A stretch of 64,000 nucleotides of DNA from Rhodospirillales bacterium. GTDB lineage: Bacteria > Pseudomonadota > Alphaproteobacteria > Acetobacterales > Acetobacteraceae. Under the pieces are notes generated by a model, which searched no databases, was not told where the DNA came from, and worked only from the letters and a program-made list of their open reading frames with translations. Positions 30,932 through 38,902 of this stretch are shown piece after piece; the first letter of the stretch is position 1; every line of letters starts with the position of its first letter. Position numbers and translations under genes: made by a program. Where the stretch lies: assembly GCA_025352565.1 (NCBI GenBank), contig JANXTF010000024.1:6001-70000 (forward strand). Reading direction: 5' to 3'.

Positions 30932-32155
30932 ATGGACATTTCAACAGCGGGCATCCAGGCGCTCGAAGGAGTCCGCATCCTGGACTTCACCCGGCACATG
31001 GCCGGCCCATACGCGACTGTATTCCTGGCCGATTACGGCGCGGATGTGGTGAAGATCGAATCGACACCGGATGGCGATGCCAGCCGCACCACCGGCGAAC
31101 TCGTCGATGGCAAGGTGAGCGCGCCGTTTCTGATGTGGAATCGTGGCAAGCGCAGTATCGCGCTAGATCTTCGCAAACCCGAAGGCCGTGAAATCGTCCA
31201 TCGCCTGGCGGCCACCGCCGACGTTGTGTTCGAGAACTACAAGCCCGGCACGGTCGAGCGCATGGGCATTGGTTACGACGACCTCAAGGGCTTGAACCCA
31301 GGGCTGATCTACATCTCGCTGTCGGCGTTCGGCCGCGGGCCGCTGGAGCCGTTTCCCGGCACCGATCCCGTGGTGCAGGCGATGTCGGGCGTGATGTCGG
31401 TGACAGGCGAGGCAGGTGGGCCGCCGATACTGGTGGGCGTGCCGATGGCTGATTTCACCGCGGCGATGACCGGCGCGCAGGCGGTGATGCTGGGGCTGAT
31501 CGCGCGCGGAAAAACCGGCAAAGGGCAGTATATCGAAGTCTCGATGCTGCATGCCCTGATGACCTCGCTGACCACCAGGCTCGCCTCGTATTGGGCCACA
31601 GGCCGCGAGCCGGCGCGCAATGGCGGCGCGCATAGCCTGGTGATGCCATACCAGGTTTGGCAGACCTCCGACGGTTATGTCGTCGCGGGGGTGTGGAACG
31701 GCGGCAACGTGATGTGGCCGAAATTCTGCGAGGCTCTCGGTTTGCCTGAGCTTGGCGCCGAGCCGAAATATGCCGAGAATTTGAATCGGCTGGAGCATCG
31801 CGCGGAACTGGGCAAGATTTTGCAGGCCCGTTTCGTGACGGAGAGCACGGCCTATTGGGAAGCGCGGTTCCGGTCGATGCAGGTGCTTTTCAGCCCTGTG
31901 TACACCTTCGGCGAGTTGCTGAATCATCCGCATGTTCAGCAGGCCGGGATCGTGGGCAGCCTGCAGCATCCGCTGCTCGGCGAAATCCCGCAGCTGCAAC
32001 CGGCGGTGTCGATGGCGGACACGCCGGGCGCGCTCGGCCGTCACCCCCCCCTTCTCGGCGAGCATACACGCGAGGTCCTCGGCGAAGCCGGCTACTCGAA
32101 GGCGGAGATCGACGGATTTCTGGAGAAGCGCATCGCTGTCGAACCCGCACTTTAG
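30932..32155 (+). CDS. Family III CoA-transferase (CaiB/BaiF/Frc type), second copy
   Basis: LEGVRILDFTRHMAGPYATVFLADYGADVVKIE. ATG 30932 is preceded by GGGGAAAG. Confidence 0.85.
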   Translation: MDISTAGIQALEGVRILDFTRHMAGPYATVFLADYGADVVKIESTPDGDASRTTGELVDGKVSAPFLMWNRGKRSIALDLRKPEGREIVHRLAATADVVFENYKPGTVERMGIGYDDLKGLNPGLIYISLSAFGRGPLEPFPGTDPVVQAMSGVMSVTGEAGGPPILVGVPMADFTAAMTGAQAVMLGLIARGKTGKGQYIEVSMLHALMTSLTTRLASYWATGREPARNGGAHSLVMPYQVWQTSDGYVVAGVWNGGNVMWPKFCEALGLPELGAEPKYAENLNRLEHRAELGKILQARFVTESTAYWEARFRSMQVLFSPVYTFGELLNHPHVQQAGIVGSLQHPLLGEIPQLQPAVSMADTPGALGRHPPLLGEHTREVLGEAGYSKAEIDGFLEKRIAVEPAL

Positions 32156-32286
32156 CCAGCGCGAGAGAAGCTTCGCGGGACATCGAAGTGCCGTCGGACA
32201 CACCCGTGCAGGTCGCGTCGGACGACCAAGGCGCGACAATTGGGAGAAACAGTCAATGACGTATCATCGAGCTATCTATCTGGTTT

Positions 32287-33318
32287 ATGTCGGCCGTTCT
32301 ACTTTGGCCCGTTTGTCTCGTCGGCCACTCCTTCGCGGCCTGTAATCCTGTCGCTCCCTTCAAAATTGGCGCAATCTTCGATCTTTCGGGAACCTCCTCC
32401 ACCCACGGCCAGCGCAGCGTCGAAGGCGTGAACATGGCAGTCGCCGATCTCAATGCCGCAACCGGCATCCTTGGGCACTGCGCGACCGTCCTGGTGAAAG
32501 ACTCGGCCAATAGCCCGACGACTGCGGCCCAGGTCGCCCGCGAGCTTATCGACCAGGACGAAGTCGGCTTTCTTGTCGGCCCGACGACCGGCTCGCCGGA
32601 GATGTCTGCGATTGCCGTGTCCAACAGATCCCGAATGATCCACATGGCGGGTGCGTCGGTGGTGGAAGCAACCGACCCAGCAAAATATCCCTATGTCTTT
32701 ATCACGGAATCCGTCAGCACCATGCAGGGCCAGACAATCCTGCAACGGGTTGCCGCGGACAAACACCTGAAGGTTGGCGTGCTGGCCGGACCGACGCTGA
32801 TCCCGGACTGGGGCGTGCGGGACGTCCAGAGCACCGTGCGCCACATGATGACAGAGATCGGACTTACAGACCGCTTGAGAGCCGGCGGAGACAAGGCGGT
32901 CCGCGCATTCGTCGAGGAGTCCTTGCGGTCGTATGGCCCGGTGCATTATCGCAGCCGGCTCGCCAACCGTGACCTCACGGTGGCTGGAACCCTGGTGCGG
33001 CGGGACGAGGCGGTCGTCTCGGTTCAGTCGGCAGCCAACCGCGACCCCAAGCGCTACAAATGCCCGGTCGAGATCGACCTGGAGCGGCCGAATCCACGGG
33101 ACCATATCGCTTTCAACTTCGGCCCGCGCACCTGTGTCGGCGCCAACCTCGCCCGTATCGAGTTGCAGGAAAGCGTGCGGGCCTTCCTCGACCGGGTGCC
33201 GGATCTGCGCATCGACCCAAAGGCGTTGCAACCCAAATTCGGCGGCGTGCAGCTGCGGGACTTCCGGCCGCTGCACGCGCTCTTCACGCCGGGCCGGAAA
33301 GCGGAGACCGTCGCATGA
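32287..33318 (+). pseudogene. In-frame chimera: N-terminal ~170 aa of a LivJ-type periplasmic binding protein fused to the C-terminal ~170 aa of a P450 with the I-helix deleted
   Basis: Residues 1-170 (signal peptide, FKIGAIFDLSGTSS...GVNMAVADLNA...) are Leu/Ile/Val-binding-protein-like. From LIPDWG onward it aligns by eye at roughly 70% identity to the C-terminal part of the P450 at 13572-14840 ([32 protein letters not shown]), but the [18 protein letters not shown] block is missing. Confidence 0.7.
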
Positions 33319-33635
33319 CGCGCGTGACTTTTATCACAGCCGCCGGCGAACGCTTCGACATCGATGTGGACGACGGCGGATCCATCATGCAAATCGCGAC
33401 CAGCAATTCCGTACCTGGCATCATCGGCGAGTGTGGCGGGAGCTGCGCCTGCGCGACATGCCATATCTATGTGGACGAGGCCTGGATGGCGCGCGTGCCC
33501 CCGCCCAGCGAAATGGAGCGCGACCTCCTGACGATCGTTTCCGATCCACAGGCGAACAGCCGGCTGTCCTGTCAGATCGAACTCTCGCCGGCCCTGTCCG
33601 GGTTGGTGCTGAACGTGCCGCTGGACACGTACTGA
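33315..33635 (+). CDS. [2Fe-2S] ferredoxin, adrenodoxin/putidaredoxin type (106 aa)
   Basis: ECGGSCACATCH ... RLSCQ cysteine pattern. There is an ATGA overlap with the stop of the chimeric P450 remnant. Confidence 0.85.
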   Translation: MTRVTFITAAGERFDIDVDDGGSIMQIATSNSVPGIIGECGGSCACATCHIYVDEAWMARVPPPSEMERDLLTIVSDPQANSRLSCQIELSPALSGLVLNVPLDTY

Positions 33636-33637
33636 GG

Positions 33638-34030
33638 ATGCCGGGCACCGCGATCGGCTTCATCGGCCTCGGCAACATGGGCGGCCCAATGGCTGTGCGC
33701 CTGATCGAGGGCGGGCTGGAACTGCACGTCCACGACCGACACTTTGGCAAGCCCGCGTTGCTTCTCAGGCCGGTCGCCGCTCCGCCGTTCTATGCCGCAC
33801 GTTTGCGGCCCGCGGTCATCGCCGTGACGGCCGCTGGACTTCGGATCGACGCGCGGGCGCGCGTGCTGACTGAAGCAGACGTGCCGATACCCTGCCTGTT
33901 CGCCGCGGGCGAGACAGCCGGAGGCGTGCTGGGTGAACGATACGTTGGAGGTCTGAATATAACGAGTGGCGTGGTATTCGGGCGCATTGCCGGGCGAGAG
34001 GCTGCCGAAACCGCGCGAAGCCGCTGGTGA
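33638..34030 (+). pseudogene. Chimera: ~35 aa of a 3-hydroxyisobutyrate/6-phosphogluconate dehydrogenase NAD-binding N-terminus joined to the C-terminal ~90 aa of an FAD-dependent (fumarate-reductase/KstD-like) flavoprotein
   Basis: MPGTAIGFIGLGNMGGPMAVRLIEGG followed by PFYAARLRPAVIAVTAAGLRID...IPCLFAAGETAGGVLGERYVGG...VVFGRIAGREAA. At 130 aa it is far too short for either family. Confidence 0.65.
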
Positions 34031-34583
34031 CGCAGGCACTGGCGACGGCATTGTTTCCTCGAAGCCGTAACGATCGTCCGTCCGCACGCTGGTTGCAGAC
34101 GCACCGGCTCGCGGCAGCTTACTGAGTTAACCCAAGGCGCGAGGACAATGCGCACGCCAGGGAAATGGAATTCTGCGTTAAAGTATCGTGACGACATTAT
34201 CACGCCATCGCTTGGACGATGTGCTCAGAAGCGGGCTAAACTGGCCGGTGTCAACCCCCTGGGGCGACCATCTTGCAAAGCCCAAGGCAGCCGATCAAAA
34301 GCCGCTGAAGCGATGCGACGCAACCAGGCTTAAACTCCAGGCCAAGCTGCATCAAAGTCGTTGACGCGTTGCGCCACCCTGACCTATGACCGTTTTGTGT
34401 TCCGGGTTGCGGCAATGGCGGAAGCCGCTGTCGTTCGTAACGAGTTTCTGTCGCGGGTTGGCGCCGCACCGAGGCTCGCCGATTGGCAAACTCCTCGGGT
34501 CGTGAAAGTCGGCCTGTTGCGCGTTCGCCTCGTCTCCCACCAGTAAATAAGACTCTCGCGGAGCGCGGTTTGGCAGACATACG

Positions 34584-36893
34584 GTGATGGAACAAGGGCG
34601 CGGGCGCGTGGAGAGCATCAGTCGGGCGCTGCGTATATTGGCCGGCGTTGCCCTGCTCGTTTTGGTAGTCCTCGCAGCCCAGCATTTGCGGCAAGCCCGG
34701 GCGGACATGATCGACCGGGTCGCGCGGGAGATGTCGCGATTGGACATGGTGTTCGCCGAGCAGACCGGCCGGGCGGTGGAAACCGTCGACGTGATCCTGC
34801 GCGACGTGATGGAGACGTTACCGGCGCGCGGCACGACGGACGAGACGGCGGCCGGACCGGCATTGGCGCGCCGCATCGCGGGGGTGCGGCAGGTCAATGC
34901 CGTCGAACTGACCAATGCCGCGGGCAAGGTGATGTTTTCATCCGGCCCCGCGACGGATCACGCGCTGCCGCTGACGGGGAATCTGGCCCTCGCCGCCCAT
35001 CGCGCCGACGCGGTCATGGGATTGCGGATCAGCGAGCCCATGCGCGACGGCGATGGACGTTGGACCGCGCTGATGACGCGCCGGATTCCTGCCCCGAATG
35101 GCGGGTTCGGCGGTATCGCAATCGCCTATCTCAACCTTGCCTATTTCGAGGATTTCTACAAAGCCGTCGAGTTGAACGAGAACGGCGCCATCCTGTTGCA
35201 TCGCCGCGACGGGGTGGTCCTGGCACGTTTCCCGCGCGCCGATGGCATCATCGGGTCCAGCTTTGCCGATCTGCCGCCGTTCACCGAGGTTCTGGCGCAC
35301 AGCATGGCCGGGACGGTGCTGATGACCAGCCCGGTCGATGGCAGCCACCGCATTCTGGCGATCCGGGCGCTGAAAGCATTTCCACTGGCGGTCAGCATAT
35401 CGGTCGACGAGGGGCGGGTTCTGGGGCCGTGGTGGCGCGAGGTCTGGGTGGTGGCGACCGCCGCGCTGGTCTCCGGCCTTGGGCTCGCGGGCGTGCTGCT
35501 GTCGCTGGCGCGGCGGACACGCGAGGGCGCTTTGGCGGAGCGGCTGCGCAACGCGGAGGAACTCGCACGCGCCGGCACGATGGACTCGCTGACTGGCCTG
35601 ATGAACCGGACCGAACTTGCCGAGCGGCTGGCAGTCCTGCTCGCAGCGGCGGACGCGCAAGGCACGCAGGTCGCGTTGCTGTTCCTGGACCTCGATGGTT
35701 TCGCCCATGTCAACGACGTGCATGGCCACAAGATCGGCGACGCGGTGCTGCGCGTCGTCGCCGATCGGCTTGCCCGCGTATCCGGAACGGCCGACGTGGC
35801 GCGGTGGGGTGGGGATGAGTTCGTCATCGTCATGGCGGTGAACCCTTCGGCGCTCGGGCAGGAACCGGACGGCGCCATCGCCTTGGCCAGGAAGCTGCTG
35901 CATTGCGTATCCTTGCCGATCGACGTGGGCGCCCAAACGGTTCACATCGGGTCGAGCATCGGGCTGGCATGCTACCCGCGCGATGCAACGACCCAGGATG
36001 GGCTCGTCGGCGCCGCCGACCTCGCGATGTATGCGGGCAAGCAGGCAGGCGGCGATACCGTGTGGATATTCGACCCGGCGATCGCACAGGCCATCGACGA
36101 TTCTCACCAGCTCGAAGGCGAACTTCGCCAGGCGCTCGATGACGATGTGCTGACGCTGAGCTATCAGCCGATCGTCGAAATGCCGCTCGAACGCTGCGTG
36201 GCACTCGAGGCGCTGCTGCGGTGGCAGCATCCCACCCGGGGGCCGATCGACCCGTCGGAGTTCATTCCGATGGCGGAAAACGCGGGGCTGATCGGCCGGT
36301 TGGGCCGATGGGTGCTGGAACGCGCCTGCATGGACGCGGCGACATGGCAGGGCGACGCGGCACCCGGCGTGACCGTCAACGTCTCGTTGGCCCAGATCAC
36401 CTCGGGCCGGCTTCCCGAGGAGGTCGCCGCGGCACTCGCACGGTCCGGTTTGGCACCGGGGCGGCTCCAGCTCGAAATAACCGAAAGCATGGTGGGCGCC
36501 GAGCATTCACGGATCGTGCCGGTGCTGCGGGTGCTGCGTGAAATGGGCGTCGGCATCGCGCTCGATGATTTCGGCACCGGGTTCTCCTCGCTCAGCCGGC
36601 TGCGCATCTGGCCGATCGACACCATCAAGATCGACCGTTCGTTCATCGGCGCGATGGCGGCGGGAGGCACCGCCGTCATCCGGGCGACCTTGCTGGTCGC
36701 GGAGGAATATGGCCTCACAGTGACGGCCGAAGGCGTCGAGACCAGGGAACAGCAGCTGCAACTGGTCCAACTCGGCATCAATCGCCTGCAAGGCTACCTG
36801 TTCTCGCGACCGCTCAGTTCGGCGGATGCGGCAAGGTGGCTCTTCTCCCGCGCACACCCGGACACCTTCATGGCCGAGTATGTGGGAGGCTGA
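34584..36893 (+). CDS. Membrane sensor diguanylate cyclase/phosphodiesterase (periplasmic Cache-like domain, GGDEF, EAL)
   Basis: Two TM segments flank a sensor region of about 270 aa. GGDEF (RWGGDEFVIV), EAL (VALEALLRW) and DDFGTG are all intact. Confidence 0.9.
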   Translation: MMEQGRGRVESISRALRILAGVALLVLVVLAAQHLRQARADMIDRVAREMSRLDMVFAEQTGRAVETVDVILRDVMETLPARGTTDETAAGPALARRIAGVRQVNAVELTNAAGKVMFSSGPATDHALPLTGNLALAAHRADAVMGLRISEPMRDGDGRWTALMTRRIPAPNGGFGGIAIAYLNLAYFEDFYKAVELNENGAILLHRRDGVVLARFPRADGIIGSSFADLPPFTEVLAHSMAGTVLMTSPVDGSHRILAIRALKAFPLAVSISVDEGRVLGPWWREVWVVATAALVSGLGLAGVLLSLARRTREGALAERLRNAEELARAGTMDSLTGLMNRTELAERLAVLLAAADAQGTQVALLFLDLDGFAHVNDVHGHKIGDAVLRVVADRLARVSGTADVARWGGDEFVIVMAVNPSALGQEPDGAIALARKLLHCVSLPIDVGAQTVHIGSSIGLACYPRDATTQDGLVGAADLAMYAGKQAGGDTVWIFDPAIAQAIDDSHQLEGELRQALDDDVLTLSYQPIVEMPLERCVALEALLRWQHPTRGPIDPSEFIPMAENAGLIGRLGRWVLERACMDAATWQGDAAPGVTVNVSLAQITSGRLPEEVAAALARSGLAPGRLQLEITESMVGAEHSRIVPVLRVLREMGVGIALDDFGTGFSSLSRLRIWPIDTIKIDRSFIGAMAAGGTAVIRATLLVAEEYGLTVTAEGVETREQQLQLVQLGINRLQGYLFSRPLSSADAARWLFSRAHPDTFMAEYVGG

Positions 36894-36964
36894 TCCGGTG
36901 CCTCGGTTGGCCCGCTGGAACGTGGCGTGCTAGCATGCGGTTTCATTCTGCCGGAGTGCCGCCG

Positions 36965-37387
36965 ATGCGCTATCGGGATTTTCTCTTTGCCGGAGCCCTT
37001 GCCGCCACCATGACCACGAATGTCAGCGCCCAGACGATCCATCGCACGGCCTCCGGCCTCAGCTACCAGGACGAGGTCGTCGGCACCGGCCCGCAACCCG
37101 CGGTCGGGCAAAATGTGAGCGTGCATTACACCGGATGGCTCGACAATGCGGGGGCAAAGGGCAAGAAGTTCGACAGTTCGATCGATCGCGGCAAGCCTTT
37201 CTCGTTCAAGCTCGGCACGGGCCAAGTGATCGCGGGCTGGGATCAGGGCGTCGCGACGATGCATGTGGGCGGCAAGCGGACACTGATCATCCCGGCCGAA
37301 CTCGGCTATGGCGCGCGTGGAGCCGGCGGCCTGATTCCGCCGGGCGCCACGCTGATTTTCGATGTGGAGCTGCTGGGCGTGAATTGA
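36965..37387 (+). CDS. FKBP-type peptidyl-prolyl cis-trans isomerase, secreted
   Basis: VSVHYTGWLDN...KFDSS...PFSFKLGTGQVIAGWDQGV...GATLIFDVELLGV. ATG 36965 lies 9 nt after GGAG; earlier in-frame starts would overlap the previous gene. Confidence 0.9.
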   Translation: MRYRDFLFAGALAATMTTNVSAQTIHRTASGLSYQDEVVGTGPQPAVGQNVSVHYTGWLDNAGAKGKKFDSSIDRGKPFSFKLGTGQVIAGWDQGVATMHVGGKRTLIIPAELGYGARGAGGLIPPGATLIFDVELLGVN

Positions 37388-37539
37388 CCGCCTCGCGGCG
37401 GTAAATTTGCTCCGTTCGCCTGCTGGTCGGCATGCGCCCGCGCTGCCGCGCGACCCCACGAACATGCATCGCCATCGATAGACAATCTGTGCCGAACCGT
37501 GCGAGATATTTATGGCACAGTAAGAGTAGGACTACATCG

Positions 37540-38160
37540 ATGCGTTTGACCGCTCTGCTCGTGCCCGTGCTGCTCGGCCTCGTTTCGGTGCTGCCGGGGT
37601 GCGCCTATGTCGGCAATCCGCTTGACGGCTTCGGCGACTTCATCCGCGACACGCACGGCTTCGCGCGCGGCCCGAACAGCCCGGCCGGCGACGGGCCCAA
37701 CATGCGCCGTGTCAGGGGACGCGAGGTGGACACCGAGCCGCTGACGCCGGAGCCGGGCAATGTCTGGCCCGGTCCCCAGGCGCCGGACCCCACCTTGGCC
37801 GATCTGGAGCGGCAGCAGAACGATCCGAATTTCCGCGCCTCGGGCTATTACGCGCCGGCGGCCATTCCTACGGCAGAGGGTGCGCGGCCGATCGGGCGCC
37901 CCGGCTCCACCCCACCCGGCACCACTCAGCCGGCCCCGTCGTTCCGTGCGGCCGTACCCGCGCTGCCGTCGCAATCGGCCCCGCCGCTCCGGACGATCCC
38001 GACGCCGGGCGGCCCCGGCTTCATCAACCCGTCCAGCGGCGGGGTGCAGACGTACGCGGCACCGGGCGGCGGCACCGGCATCGTGGTGCCGAACGGCAAT
38101 GGCACCAATACGCTGATCGGGCCGGACGGCACGGTTTCCACCGCGCCGCAGCAGCGTTAG
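37540..38160 (+). CDS. Proline-rich lipoprotein of unknown function
   Basis: MRLTALLVPVLLGLVSVLPGC lipobox, followed by a low-complexity Pro/Gly-rich sequence. Confidence 0.6.
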   Translation: MRLTALLVPVLLGLVSVLPGCAYVGNPLDGFGDFIRDTHGFARGPNSPAGDGPNMRRVRGREVDTEPLTPEPGNVWPGPQAPDPTLADLERQQNDPNFRASGYYAPAAIPTAEGARPIGRPGSTPPGTTQPAPSFRAAVPALPSQSAPPLRTIPTPGGPGFINPSSGGVQTYAAPGGGTGIVVPNGNGTNTLIGPDGTVSTAPQQR

Positions 38161-38163
38161 AGC

Positions 38164-38424
38164 GTGATGGAGCTGAACCTGTTGTATTTCGCCTGGCTCC
38201 GGGAGCGGCTGGGCAGTTCGTCGGAGCGTGTGGCGATGCCGCTCGACGTGTCGGACGTGGCAGGGGTTGTCACGTGGCTGCGGACGCGCGGGCCGGCTTT
38301 CGCAGCGGCGTTCGTGCCCGAGAACCGCATCCGCTGCGCCGTGAATCAGGAATTCGCGAGGCCCGACCAGCCGGTTCACGCGAATGACGAAGTGGCGTTT
38401 TTCCCGCCGCTGACGGGCGGCTGA
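38164..38424 (+). CDS. moaD: Molybdopterin synthase sulfur-carrier subunit
   Basis: About 85 aa ending in the ubiquitin-like C-terminal GG (FFPPLTGG). GTG 38164 or ATG 38167 could be the start. Confidence 0.85.
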   Translation: MMELNLLYFAWLRERLGSSSERVAMPLDVSDVAGVVTWLRTRGPAFAAAFVPENRIRCAVNQEFARPDQPVHANDEVAFFPPLTGG

Positions 38425-38864
38425 TGGCCACGGTCCGCGTCCAGGCCGAGGCCTTCGAGGTTTCCGCCGAGATGGCGGCGCTGACCGCCGGCCGCGTCGA
38501 TGTCGGCGGCATCGGCTGTTTCGTCGGCACCGTCCGGGGTGCGGACATCGCGGCGCTGGAGCTGGAGCATTTCCCCGGCATGACCGAGCGCGCCATGGCG
38601 GCCATCGCGGCCGAGGCCGAGGCACGCTGGTCGCTGCTCGGCTGCACGTTGATCCACCGGGTCGGTCGGCTGGTGCCGGGCGAGGGCATCGTGCTGGTGC
38701 TGGCGGCGTCCGCCCACCGGCAGGCGGCGCTGGACGCGACCGGGTACCTGATCGACTGGCTGAAAACGAGTGCGCCGTTCTGGAAAAAGGAATTCCGCGC
38801 CGACGGCAGCCATTCATGGGTCGCGGCGCGCGACGCGGACGACGCGGCCGCCGCGCGTTGGTAG
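38424..38864 (+). CDS. moaE: Molybdopterin synthase catalytic subunit
   Basis: FVGTVRG...LEHFPGMTE...VLVLAASAHRQAA...IDWLKTSAPFWKKE. TGATG overlap with moaD. Confidence 0.88.
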   Translation: MATVRVQAEAFEVSAEMAALTAGRVDVGGIGCFVGTVRGADIAALELEHFPGMTERAMAAIAAEAEARWSLLGCTLIHRVGRLVPGEGIVLVLAASAHRQAALDATGYLIDWLKTSAPFWKKEFRADGSHSWVAARDADDAAAARW

Positions 38865-38902
38865 GCAAGGCTTCGTTAACGATTTGAAGCCAGACTGGCC
38901 GC

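Noticed and set aside
32256-32345. 29-codon ORF (MTYHRAIYLV...) with a good GGGAGA Shine-Dalgarno sequence, as a real small gene.
   Set aside because: It is more simply explained as the frameshifted original start of the decayed binding-protein gene. There is no independent support.
34148-34546. Two 61-codon ORFs (34148-34333 and 34361-34546) in the non-coding stretch.
   Set aside because: They have no ribosome-binding site, no recognisable motif and atypical composition, so the support is insufficient to call genes.
38161-38163. Molybdenum-cofactor riboswitch upstream of moaD.
   Set aside because: Only 3 nt separate the preceding lipoprotein stop from the moaD start, so there is no room for a riboswitch.
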